Below, piece by piece: positions 1 through 11,710 of a stretch of DNA of 64,000 bases. Source of the stretch: the human T2T-CHM13v2.0 reference genome, Homo sapiens; NCBI RefSeq assembly GCF_009914755.1, contig NC_060929.1; one strand, given 5' to 3'. The position numbers were made by a program, and so were the translations under genes. The notes beneath the pieces are model-generated. The model had not been told where the DNA came from, ran no database searches, and saw only the letters and a program-made list of their open reading frames with translations. Each line of letters opens with the position of its first letter. Within the stretch, counting starts at the first letter, position 1.

Positions 1-3000
1 GAGAGAAAGAATCCTAGAGGCAGGTGACCCACCTGGAGCTGGAAAGCCCACTCCACGATGCAGACAGCTCTCTACCTTCCTGTGGTGGCCCCTGGGCCTG
101 GCATTCCCAGGGGACCTGCTGGCAGGAGGAGGAACGAGGGCTTTATAACTTTGGTTATAACTTTTGGTCTTTGTTCTGATTCTCAGTGTATCTTCCTCCG
201 CTGGTTACTAAAGTGTTCACTGATAAGTATGTTAACTAATGATCGAGACAGTAACGAAAAATGCTGGCACTGGGATTCTCTCCCTTCCCAGACCTACCTG
301 CTGGTATTTCCTGGGACCTTGACCCTGCCCCACCCCCTCAGCCGTGCCCATCTCTGCAGACTCCCAGATCACATCTGGGCTGATGGGCTGGCCCAGGCCT
401 GTCCCTCCCTTCTTGCCCCCAGTTCTGGGCTCCACCTCTGCCCTCTTCTGTGCTGTCCCATTAGGGAAGTCCCTTGGCCTGTCTATTTTTCAGTTCCCAA
501 TTAGAAGTCTAGAACCTGACAACTCCAGGAGTTCTTGGGAGGACCAGTACAACGTTCTAAAAAGCCTGAGACGCCTTACAAAAAGCAAGTATCATTTGGA
601 GTACAATTCCTAATCTGTTCATGTCCTGCTGAAGGAGGGAAGGAGGGAGAGGAAGGCAGGGGAGTTGATGCATTCATATAACAAACACTGCTGGGTGTCT
701 GGGTGCCCAGAGCAAAGCTGGGCCAGGCCTTCACCAGATCAAGCCCCACAGACCAGCTGGTGCCCATGCGCTGCTGGTGGTTTGGGGCCTCCTGTTCCTC
801 CTCTAGCTGGGAGTAATCACAGTTGTCTGACCTGATTCCAACTTAAGGTCCCCACTCTCTTGCCCCATCAAGAATCCCTGATTATTTACTTTTCCCTAGA
901 AAATCTGGGGAAATTCCCACATTTTAATTTTGCAGCAGAATCTTTTGAGCAGCTTTTGGAACCACAGTGTTTGCCAAGATAAGAGTTTGAGAATCCAGCA
1001 GCCCTGGGTGCCTGGCTGAATTTGGTTTCCTGCATGTGCTGGGTGTGGGCGGGGCCACGCACAGGCCCTGCATGGGAGGACTCCTCACCCCAGGCCTGTG
1101 GTGCTGCAGACAACCGTCTCCTGTCTACACTGCGACCCAGCCACAAGCTGTGGGGTCTCAGTGGCCTGGGGGAAAGCAGCTCCACTCTCCTGCCCTTCCT
1201 GGCTGCCCCTTTGGGTTCCAGCCGGGGTCACGTCCAGCCTCCACTGGGAAACCAGTGACTGAGGCCTGGACCCAGAGGTGGACCAGGCATCTCCTGGCCA
1301 CCTGTGACCTGGGAAGAAGCGAGTCAGTGGCCCGTTCAACCTGCTCTGCAGCTGCTATAAATAGCCTCCCTGTTTCCAAGAGGAGGTAAGGAAGTGTTTA
1401 TCTTCTAAAAACCAGACGTTTCCTGATGCTCTGAGCGTTACTCAGTGCTACAGAGGAGATGCACACGTCCCCACTATGTTCTGTCTTGAGAAGGGGACAA
1501 GAGAAAGAGGAAAAGGAGCCACTGTACTTTATTTTGCACCTACAGCGTGCCTTGGCACTGGGCTAGAGAGGCACCTTCCTGCGTGAATCCTGTGCGGCAG
1601 GTCTTATTGCCATAATAAGTCACATCAAAGACACTGCTGGTCATAAAACACTGTTTTACATACCATAGGGAAAAACGCTGCCAATCTTAACTAAGATGCT
1701 ACAACTGTACAGTTCCTTCCAATCAGAGATGTTCACGTGTGAAAAAAAAACTGTGCTACTTACAATCTATGAAAGCTGGTATTATCCCACTTGGCAGGTA
1801 AGGAAACTGAGGTCCTGTGAGTGAAGTGACCTCATGATCACACAACAGGAGATGGCAGGGCTGGGATTCAAACCCGGGAGTGTCTGCTGCCACATCCCAC
1901 ACTCCCACTGCCTGGCTCCAAGTCCCAGGAAGCTCGAGACTGTGAGTTTTCTCCCTTGAAACTCACCTGGAGAGAGTCCGGGCACCTGTGCCTATGTGGA
2001 GGGTTCCAGCCCCAGCCAGGCCCCTCCGCTGCCCACACCCTGGGAGGAGAAGCGGCCTCCCTTCCAGGCTCATCTGCTCACTGCCGGCATTCTCCTGGCA
2101 GAGCTGAGGTCTGAGAGATCTGGACTCCAACCCAAGGGCCCTCTCTTGTTATTCAGGGGTGTCCACAGTTAGGGAGGGACCTGGGGCCTTGTCCCACCAC
2201 CTTCCTAGGCCCCGTGATCACCACCCCCTCAAGCGGGGCCCCAGCCCCCTGAGCACCCCCTCACGTGACCCAGCCCTCGGCTGTTCCAGGCTCACTGCCC
2301 ATGGTGTGCTCTTCTGGGCCACAGCAGCCAGGGCTCCAGGGCGAGGACGGGGGACACCTGAAAACACCCCGTTGTTCATGGTCTTGTGCCCATTCATTCG
2401 GAGACTCCTGAAAAACTGGGCTGTTTGCAAAGCAAATCCAGCTCCTTGTCCTAGCAGGTTCTCAGAACGGGGAGTCCCCTGGGATGGAGCTGCTCCCCTC
2501 ACGGCAGCACCACGTTTCCAGTCCCTCGATGCCACTAATCAGCATGGACTGTGTTCAGGACACAGGGTGAACTTTTCTCTGACCCCCGGTGCTGGTCCTG
2601 TGCCAGCACGTAGTAGTTACTCAGTAGAGGTTTGCTGAGTAAACCAGAAATCAGATTATGAGTGTTCAGGGGTTTGATAAAACAGCACCACATAACGCAC
2701 ACAAAGATACTCCAGAAACATTTGCTGAGTACCTAGTACGTGTGAGGTGCTGTGAGGATAGAGCAGAGAGGACTGTGCCCCAGCTGTGATGCTGGCAGAG
2801 GTGACACTAAGAGGGAAATGAGATATTTGGGGCAGAATCCACTGGGCTCTCTTGGCCATCCGCTGCCTTGGGTCTGTTGAGGTGGGTGCCCAAAGGCTGC
2901 CTTCTTGACCAGAACCTGCTGTGCGCTTCACAGAACCTCCTCTTCATTGGAAATGCTGGGCACATTGCAGTCAGTGAGCTGCTGCCAAAACGGCGTTAAG

Positions 3001-3740
3001 TAGAACCCCCAGAGGCCCCGCCGGTTGGTGATCACCCTCAGGTCCTGCCAGGGAGACACAGTGAGGAGGTTGGCTAATTGCTGCTTTCAGGCCCTGGAAA
3101 TCAGTCGCCAAGGCCCAGGAGAACCCCGGTGAGTCCGTCCAGTTGAGGCAGAGGCAATAACCTCCCATTGCTCGGCCCTGCGCCTGCCCCAGTCCTGGCA
3201 GGGGGCACCGGCTCAGGAACATGCGGCCTCCTGGCATTTCTCGGTATTTAACTGTCTCGCTGTCTTATCCGAGTCCCTAATGAAACGACTTGTGTGACAA
3301 TCTGTCTGTGCCTTACGAAAGTGTCTGTGCACTTTTTATCCTTTTTAAAAGCAACTTTTAAAAGTGGATGGGGAGGGGGGCTAGCATACGTGGTAGGGTT
3401 CTAGAAATCTGTGGTCATCGCTGAAATCCTTTTTGCATCATGTTTTTTGATGTTGGAGTGATGAAGTGTACATCCCCCACCCCACACACCACTACCTGTG
3501 TACAGACCTTTTAAAACATGTCTTCTTTTTCTGATTCAATACTGTGACCTCTCCGATACAGTCTAATCCTTGGGGATCTGTAATCAAGGTTTTAAAACCT
3601 GGGAAGTGGGTTGGGAAGGGTTTGCACTGGTCTTGAGTGTTGTGCTTTTCTGTGTTGTGTGTTTTGATTTTTGTCTTTTTATCTGTTTTATATTGACATA
3701 ATTTTCCTGTTTAAAAAAAATACAACTTTGGCTTGTTAAA
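1..3740 (+). other. NEURL1B: Distal part of a long 3'UTR of an upstream gene (tentatively NEURL1B)
   Basis: Repeat-poor with no credible ORF; U/UG-rich terminal 300 nt; clustered miRNA seed matches; AATACA at 3719 followed by an A-run. Gene identity is an unverified recollection of the locus layout. Confidence 0.5.
1755..1890 (-). mobile_element. MIR SINE fragment
   Basis: ggaaactgagg...gtgacc...ctgggattcaaaccc core. Confidence 0.75.
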
Positions 3741-3748
3741 AAAAAAAA
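3719..3748 (+). terminator. Candidate cleavage/polyadenylation site (variant hexamer AATACA, then genomic A11)
   Basis: AATACA at 3719-3724, upstream U/UG-rich tract, A-run 3738-3748; no AATAAA nearby. Confidence 0.45.
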
Positions 3749-4034
3749 GTCTTCAGAACTCAATTTTTAAAATCCCACTTACATACACTGATGGGGAGTG
3801 AAGGTGAGGATCCAAATCATTGCCAGTCTTGAGGAAATAAGTTGCAAAATGGCTATAGAACCCCGACAATGTTTGATGCCTTTGCCAAATAACTCACTTC
3901 TGTGAAAATCACAAGGAAATCATTCTAATCAAGGATGAGATCTATGTGTAAAGATATTCACTGCAGCATTTTCTAGAGTGGTAAAAAGCTGTGAGCAACC
4001 CTCATGTCCAACAACCAGGGTGTATTCACCAAGA

Positions 4035-4430
4035 CTTGGTTACAAGTGACAGAAACCCAACTCGGATAGGTTTTAGGGGGATAAAGAACTAGGGAACTGA
4101 AAAGTCCAGTAGCAGAACTCACTCTACGTGCAGGTAGAACCAGGGTCTGAAATGCTGCATCAGGACTAGCCTCTCCCCTCTCGCTCAGCCCTGTGATCTG
4201 GCCCCATTCCCAGGCAGGTTCTCAAGATGCCTCCTGCAGGGCCACCAGCATCCTGCCTTTGAGCATTCCCTGCACGGAGCAGCTCAGATCACGTGTCCGC
4301 TCCTGAACCAGTCACAGGACAGGGAGATACGGGGCTCTGATTGGTCAGACCCAGGATGGGTGCTCACCTGCACCCAATAGCTGCCCTGTCTGAACTCTGG
4401 GCTGAAAGTGGGGAATCGCAGTCTCCAGAG
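4035..4430. mobile_element. Old MaLR LTR (MLT1K/L-like)
   Basis: ttggttacaagtgacagaaacccaact start, ctctgattggtc motif. Confidence 0.55.
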
Positions 4431-4454
4431 AAAATGAGTCCTAAAGAATGCATG

Positions 4455-4716
4455 CCCAAGGTGGGCAGATCATGAGGTCAAGAGTTCAAGACCATCCTGG
4501 CCAACATCATGAAACCGCGTCTACTCAAGATATAAAAAATTAGCTGGGCGTGGTGGCGTGCACCTGTAATCCCAGCTACTCAGGAGGCTAAGGCAGGAGA
4601 GTCACTTGAACCTGAGAGGTGGAGGTTGCAGTGAGCCGAGATCGCACCATTGTACTCTAGCCTGGGTGACAGGGCGAGACTCTGTCTAAAAAAAAAAAAA
4701 AAAGAAGAAGAAGAAG
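4455..4716 (+). mobile_element. 5'-truncated AluS (AluSc-like)
   Basis: Alu body with A/(GAA)n tail; TSD AAGAATGCA at 4444-4452 and 4717-4725. Confidence 0.93.
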
Positions 4717-4839
4717 AAGAATGCAGCGTGGGCAAAAACAACAGGCCTCTGTGTAGGGAACGGGAAACCATGATACCGATACATATGGGGCTAATGGCAT
4801 GAGCATGAAGCCAGACTGCCAAGGCCTCACCAAGACATT

Positions 4840-5000
4840 GGGGAAGATGCTTAACGTCCTTGTGCTTCAGCTTCCTCATCTTCAAAGCAAGAACAATAAT
4901 AGTTCCTGATTTTAGGATGGGCGTAAATGTTATTGAGATCATACCAGTGATGTGCCAGGCACAGCATCTGGCACCCAGCACCAAGCAACAATTGTTAGTT
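4840..5000 (+). mobile_element. MIR SINE
   Basis: cttcagcttcctcatc...aataatagttcct core. Confidence 0.7.
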
Positions 5001-5209
5001 TGTAACACAGGAACGGGTTTATGTTAAAGTGTGGTTAAAAAAAAAATCAAGATATAAAATTGCACATACACCGTGATCTCACAGATGAAAAAAAAACCAA
5101 AAACACCAACAGCCCAAAAACCTACCCATGCATTGGAAAGACCAGAAAGAAAGGAGTGAAATGTCCATGAGGGCTGTGTCTGAGTGATGGCCTTATTGGT
5201 GCCTTTTTC

Positions 5210-5273
5210 TCATACTTGCTCATTATAGAAAATTTCCCAAATTTCCCAAATTTTCTATAATGAGCAAGTATGA
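5210..5273. repeat. Perfect inverted repeat (26-bp arms, 12-nt spacer)
   Basis: tcatacttgctcattatagaaaattt / aaattttctataatgagcaagtatga. Confidence 0.97.
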
Positions 5274-6000
5274 CTTTTCATTTAAACTTGTTACTTGGAA
5301 AAAATGATCTCCCTACTCTGCAAAAGCCAAAGAGAACAGCTGGCCCTTGCTGGAATTTGTCAGGAATTCCCAGGCTGATTGTCTGTGAGTTTAAGATCCA
5401 AATTTAGTCCGGTGGAGATAAGGACCTGTACGTTTCTAGCAGAGGCCAGGCCAGGCTGACCAGTTTGGTTGGGCTTCCTCCAGGCTAGGTTTTGGGGCCC
5501 AAATTTCTGGGGTGGAACATGGCAGTGGTAGCAGGAGTGGGAGCTGGGAGTAGGGGAATGGGGTGAACAAGGAGAGGGAGCTGCCCAGGCCTGCTCCTTC
5601 TGGATGGTTAGAAGAGCCTGGCTTGGTGACACTGAGTTTTAGGAAGCAATGGGATAAGAGAAACCAGCATTTATCAAGCAGCACAAACCATGGTTCTCAC
5701 ACATTCTCACAATGGATCTTCACAATAGTGTTCTCATTTTACAGGCAAGGAGGCCAAAGTCAAAGTAGGATTGGCCCCCAGGTGGGCCTGCTCCAGAGTC
5801 AAGGCAAAATCTTTCAGAGACACATTTCGCACCCCTTTACCAAAGTCTTAGTGAGGGGCCGAGTCTGTCCAAAACCCAGGATCCTTTCTCCCCTTCCAGA
5901 TTTCCTTCCCACAACGCTATGTCCTTCTACTGGACCAGGCAACATTTTCACAGACGCTATCTGATAATCAAAACTTTTTTGAATAAAGAAAAAAAGGTAG

Positions 6001-6304
<304 letters not shown>

Positions 6305-6324
6305 TCATATTAATCTAGGCCCAC

Positions 6325-6660
6325 TGCATTGTAAGAGACTGAAACCCAATTTAAGAAAAAAAAAAAAAAAGAGCGGGCAGAATGTACTGACTCACGCCCA
6401 GAACAGATCAGTCTAGCTTCAGGAACAGCTAGATCCGGGTATTCACATGATGTTGTCAGGCCTCTGCCTCTGTCTCTCAGTTCTGCCTTCCTCTGAGCTG
6501 ATGGCACTCTCAGGCAGGCTCTCCCTTTGCAGCAACCAGAACAACCTCCAGTGACTCATATCATGCCAGTTTAGTGACCCTTTAAAAAAGTTTCGGGAAA
6601 AGTCCCAGTGCTGTCTCTCCTTTGACTCCTTGGATCAAAAGCTCAATCCCTGAACCTGTC
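6325..6660. mobile_element. Old MaLR LTR (MLT1J/K-like)
   Basis: ctagcttcagg..cagctagatcc..ctcagttctgccttcctctg..ctcaggcaggctctccc pattern. Confidence 0.55.
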
Positions 6661-8334
6661 ACATGCCCACACCTGATACAAAACTAGGTATGGTATGGCC
6701 CTTACCCTCAAGAACCAACCAATCTGGAGGGGAAGGCAGACCCCTAAACAGACATGTTTAGACCAGTGCACTTCTGAAGCTGTGGGAACGATCCAATTCA
6801 GGCCACGAGGGCTCGGGATCATTTAGCGATGCAGTTAGGCATCCTTCTTTCTCCTGGCCCTGTGTGTTCTTACCAACACCTGAGCCATGTTCCCTGGCAC
6901 ATCCAATTCCTCCTCCCATGCTGCAGTGCACACAGCCCGTGCGCTGGCCCTCACCAGCCCCTGCCACCTGCGGTGCACCTAGCCTGGTGCGGTGGGGGTT
7001 CACTATTGTGCATGCAAATCCCTTTTTCTCATTCCCTGAGTTCCTGCAGGACAAGAAATCCTCCAGAAAGATAATAATACCAGATCATTTAATAAGCACT
7101 TAGTGTGTGCAAAGGACATCCATGACATCAGTAAATCCTCACAACAGTTCTCTGAAGTGGCTCCATCATTACCTTCATTTTACAGGCAAGAAGCCAAGAC
7201 TGAGCAGGAATCAGTAACTTTCTCCTACTTTATATGGCCTCTCAAAGACAAAAAGTTTCTTCGCTTTCTGTTTGTAATTATGTCCTTGGACCTAGACCCC
7301 CTGGTTCCCAAGTGCAAATGGGCCTAGAACATTTGCAGCTGTGATTTCACAGACTCCCACCAGCCACCCATTGTATTACGGTCCCATTTTACAGGGAGGG
7401 GAAGGGGCTGCCCCACATCACACTGCTTAGGAGCTGTGGGGCCAGGATTTGAACCAGGCCTGGCTCTTTCCACCACATCACAGCATGTCTGTGGGTACAT
7501 TGTCAGGAGGAGGGGGAGGGAAAGGAGGAAGGAGAGTAAGAAGAAAAGGACAAGAAAAAAACAGCCAGATTCAGCACCTCGAAGGGCTTTTTCTAGAAGA
7601 ACATCAGCTGTGTCCTGACTCACACAATGCCTATCCGTTCAATTCCAGGGACAGGGAATATTTGCTTTTCCCTTCAGGCTCTGATCTCCCAGCTCTTGGA
7701 AGCTCCCACACAGGGATGTGGAAAACACGATTATTCCAGGCATCGAGCTATGGGAACAGAACCCCGACCTTGGCTGTTAAATACACCTATGGAGAAGCTT
7801 CCAGAAGCCCAGCAGTGGGGTGTGTTGGGGAGGAGATGCATCAAAACGAAATGCCTCAGGCAGCCTGATCCCCTTTCGTCAGCCTCCTCCCCTCTCAGCT
7901 TGGGCCTTCCCAGGTCTAAACCCTTCTCCCCAGACAGACAGCCTGACTCTCCTGACTCTCCGACTGGCCAGCGAAGACCTTGGCCATCCTTTCAGGAGCA
8001 TGTGGGCCTGCTTAGGAGGGCTGGGCCGGCCTGACTGAGTTCACATCCATGCTCTGCCCCAGCCAGCAGAGGACCTGCCCTCCCCACTGGGCTTCCTAAG
8101 GGTGCCTCTCACATACCAAACTTTACGTGAATGTGCCCCCTGGAGCTGCACGATGGGGATGCCCCCTTCTGAGCCTCCCCCTCATGGCCCCTACGTGGGC
8201 CCTGTAAGACCACACCCTCCCTCAGCCCTTAGGAGGCTGCATCCTGGCATCTTAGCTCTGAGCTGGGGTTTCCAGTGTGATGGGGTCTAGTGTGGTGGGT
8301 GAGTTCCCTCCAGCTGAGGGGACAGGCCTGCCTG

Positions 8335-8455
8335 TGCTGTGGGATCTTGGGCAAGTTACATACCCTCTCTGAACCTCAGTTTCTGCAGCTTCGAAGGAAG
8401 AGGGGTGTCAAATTGTGTCAGAAAGTGGCTGGCATATAGCAGGTGCTAAATGTTT
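8335..8455 (+). mobile_element. MIR fragment
   Basis: ttgggcaagtta...ctctctgaacctcagtttc. Confidence 0.75.
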
Positions 8456-9790
8456 TTTAGGAGTATTCTAGACCCTGCTACACCAGCTACCCCTCGCCCA
8501 TGCCCTCCCCTGTCCCATCTGGGCCAGGGGCTGCCTCCATCCTCCTACAACCTCCTGGGCCTCCCGTGCCACCTCAGTGAGCCTGCCCTGCGACACTGTC
8601 AGCAGCATCTGCAGGTGACGCGGCGCATCCCCGGCTCCCAACACAGGGTCTACCAAACAGGAGAGTCTTAGTGTGTACACCCCTCACCCACACCCAGCGT
8701 GGAATTTCTGGCATTAGCACACCTCCCTTCCACAAAGAATGAACCGGAGTGGTGATCTGCTGGTGGGGTCGTGCCAGGCCTCGGGGCTGGCCCAGGCCCC
8801 CGCCCCTTGCTTGTCTTGGTTCCCAGTCAAGAGCGCTGGCCCCAGGCCTGGGAGGCTGACCGACCTCAGACTCCAAGGGGAAAGCCACACTTTTGCTCAA
8901 CTCCCAGGAGCAGCCCCGCATTCCAGGAGGGGCGTGGGAAGCACCAAGCCTTCCCCAACTGAGCTGAGCGGGGAGCTGCCTGCAGCCACGCTGGCCCCCC
9001 CAGCCTCAACGCTGGCCCAAGCCCACTTTGGGTTCCCCAGGGACAACCACCCCACCTCAGAGGGATGGAGATGGGGCTCTGAGAGATTGCCACGGCCACC
9101 CCAGGAAAGAAACACCAGGATGTTCCCAGGAACCCTCTCTGGCTTCCCCATCTGCCCGCAGTTTCCCACGCTGACTCCGTCTCCTTTTTCTGGTGCCACC
9201 CCACCCCTGATCAGCACAAAAAGAGTTCCCTACATGACTCTGAGCAATGGCAGACTCCCTTCTGCCTCTGTCCCTCTGACAGGTGGTCCCAGGGCTGTCT
9301 AGAACCTACTCCAGGGCCATCCCTCCCGGCTGACCTTGCTATCTTTCCACCCTGGAGTTATTTCATCTGGAGGTGTTATGAATACAGACCCGGCTTGGGG
9401 GAGCCTCCCGCAAGGTACTACCCGAGCTGGACCTTAGATGCTGGACAGCCCTTGGCAGGCAGAAGCTCCTCCTGAGCACTCCCTGCAGAAAGGAGCTGCC
9501 CAAACGCAGAAGCTGATGGGCCCCGTGCTGGAGGAGCCCTCCAGGGTGGGGGCAAAGGTCCCAAGAGACATTTGCCTTCTGCAACAAACCAGCCTTTCTC
9601 CAAGAGGTTCACACGACCCTGCTGGCTGGCGCTCCTGAGCAGGCTTCCTCCCACAGGGCAAGCTCCCCTTGGCCTCCCAGGAAAGGATGGACGGACAGGC
9701 AAAGGGCAATGAAACGGCCTGGGCTGGGAGTGATCCTGGGTAAGGGCCCCGTCCCCTCGGGCTTCCCTTTCCGCGCCCTCACCATAAGGG

Positions 9791-9805
9791 AGTGAAACTG
9801 AAAGT
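9791..9805 (+). promoter_or_regulatory. ISRE / IRF1-IRF2 motif AGTGAAACTGAAAGT
   Basis: Matches GAAANNGAAA with ideal flanks; function not shown. Confidence 0.5.
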
Positions 9806-10296
9806 CCTGAAGTTCAGGGAGGTGGCTCGCCAGGCTCCTCGGCAGAAGGCGCGGGGATTGGACGGTTTCTTTCTAGAAGATGGAGCACTGTCGCTCTCTA
9901 GTGGCCACGGTGAGAAGTGGCAAAGACCTGAGCAGAAAGACATTGGTCAAGGTCCAGGTGCTGGACAGATTTACACCCCCTACCATCCCCCCGAGCGCAT
10001 CCTGCAGAAGCCGCAACGACCGGGAAGCCAGACTCCTGCAAATGGCCTTGTGGATCTGGGTAACCTTGAGGAGGCACGTCAGGGTGACATTGAGTCTGGG
10101 TCTGGGGTCAAGTCTGCGTTTGGGGGTGGACTGGAGCTGAGGGTGTGGTGGGCTGGGGCTGGGGCTGGGAAAGGATCTCCCCGCCCCTGCAATGCTGGGA
10201 GGATGGCACATGGACACGACGTTTCTTTACTCCGGTCCTACTGACCTGACCCGCTCCGTTTAACCCGCACGTCTGACCCTGTGCCGGGCACATTAG

Positions 10297-10302
10297 AATA
10301 AA
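10297..10302 (+). terminator. AATAAA hexamer ending the repeat-poor 7.7-10.3 kb block
   Basis: cattagAATAAAacaag; GC content falls sharply after it. Confidence 0.35.
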
Positions 10303-10428
10303 ACAAGTAGGGGAGGAAAATGCAATATTTTTAAACCCTCAAAGATAGACAGAAATGACAATGCAGCTAAAACTGCACCTTTGGCCATCAAAAAAAAAAA
10401 AGTGCCTCCCCAGTGCTTGAGATATTTA

Positions 10429-10851
<423 letters not shown>

Positions 10852-11029
10852 TCAGTCTCAGTGCAAAGTATTTACTGGCTGTGGGGTGCTGAAAGCTGTT
10901 GGACTAAATGGGTTGCGAATGATGATAGCACCATCCTCCTCTCTCACTGCCTCTGCACACGGTAGCCCTGGCGTGCCCAGAGTCATATTCTCCCAGCTTG
11001 AGGTCCAGCCTTACAGCAAGATCTGGGAC

Positions 11030-11335
11030 TGTATCTCCCTGGACCGACTTCAGTACGAGAAGAATATTAACGATACGTTGTTAAGTAAAAAAATTTAAAA
11101 GCTACAAAATCATATATACCATATGATAACATTAAAATATACATGAACAATTAGTCATGGGAATAAAAGGCTGAAGGAATGTACCAAAATGTTAACAAAA
11201 GTCATCTGGATGGAAGTACAATGAGGGTGAAATAAAAGTGGTTTAATTTTCTTCTTTTGCTTCTCTACATGTAAGAAAAATTTTAAATTCTATAAGAAAC
11301 ATTTATTGTTATAATAAGAAAAAAGTTATTATTGT
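11030..11335 (+). mobile_element. Old L1M (L1ME-like) 3' fragment
   Basis: AT-rich; gaatgtaccaaaatgttaaca-type L1ME 3'UTR motifs. Confidence 0.55.
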
Positions 11336-11338
11336 TTA

Positions 11339-11710
<372 letters not shown>

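Noticed and set aside
7003-7019. SOX-OCT composite (CTATTGTGCATGCAAAT)
   Set aside because: The octamer is perfect but spacing is one base longer than the canonical cooperative element
7570-7590. REST/RE1 site (TTCAGCACC...)
   Set aside because: Only the left half-site; the GGACAG right half is absent
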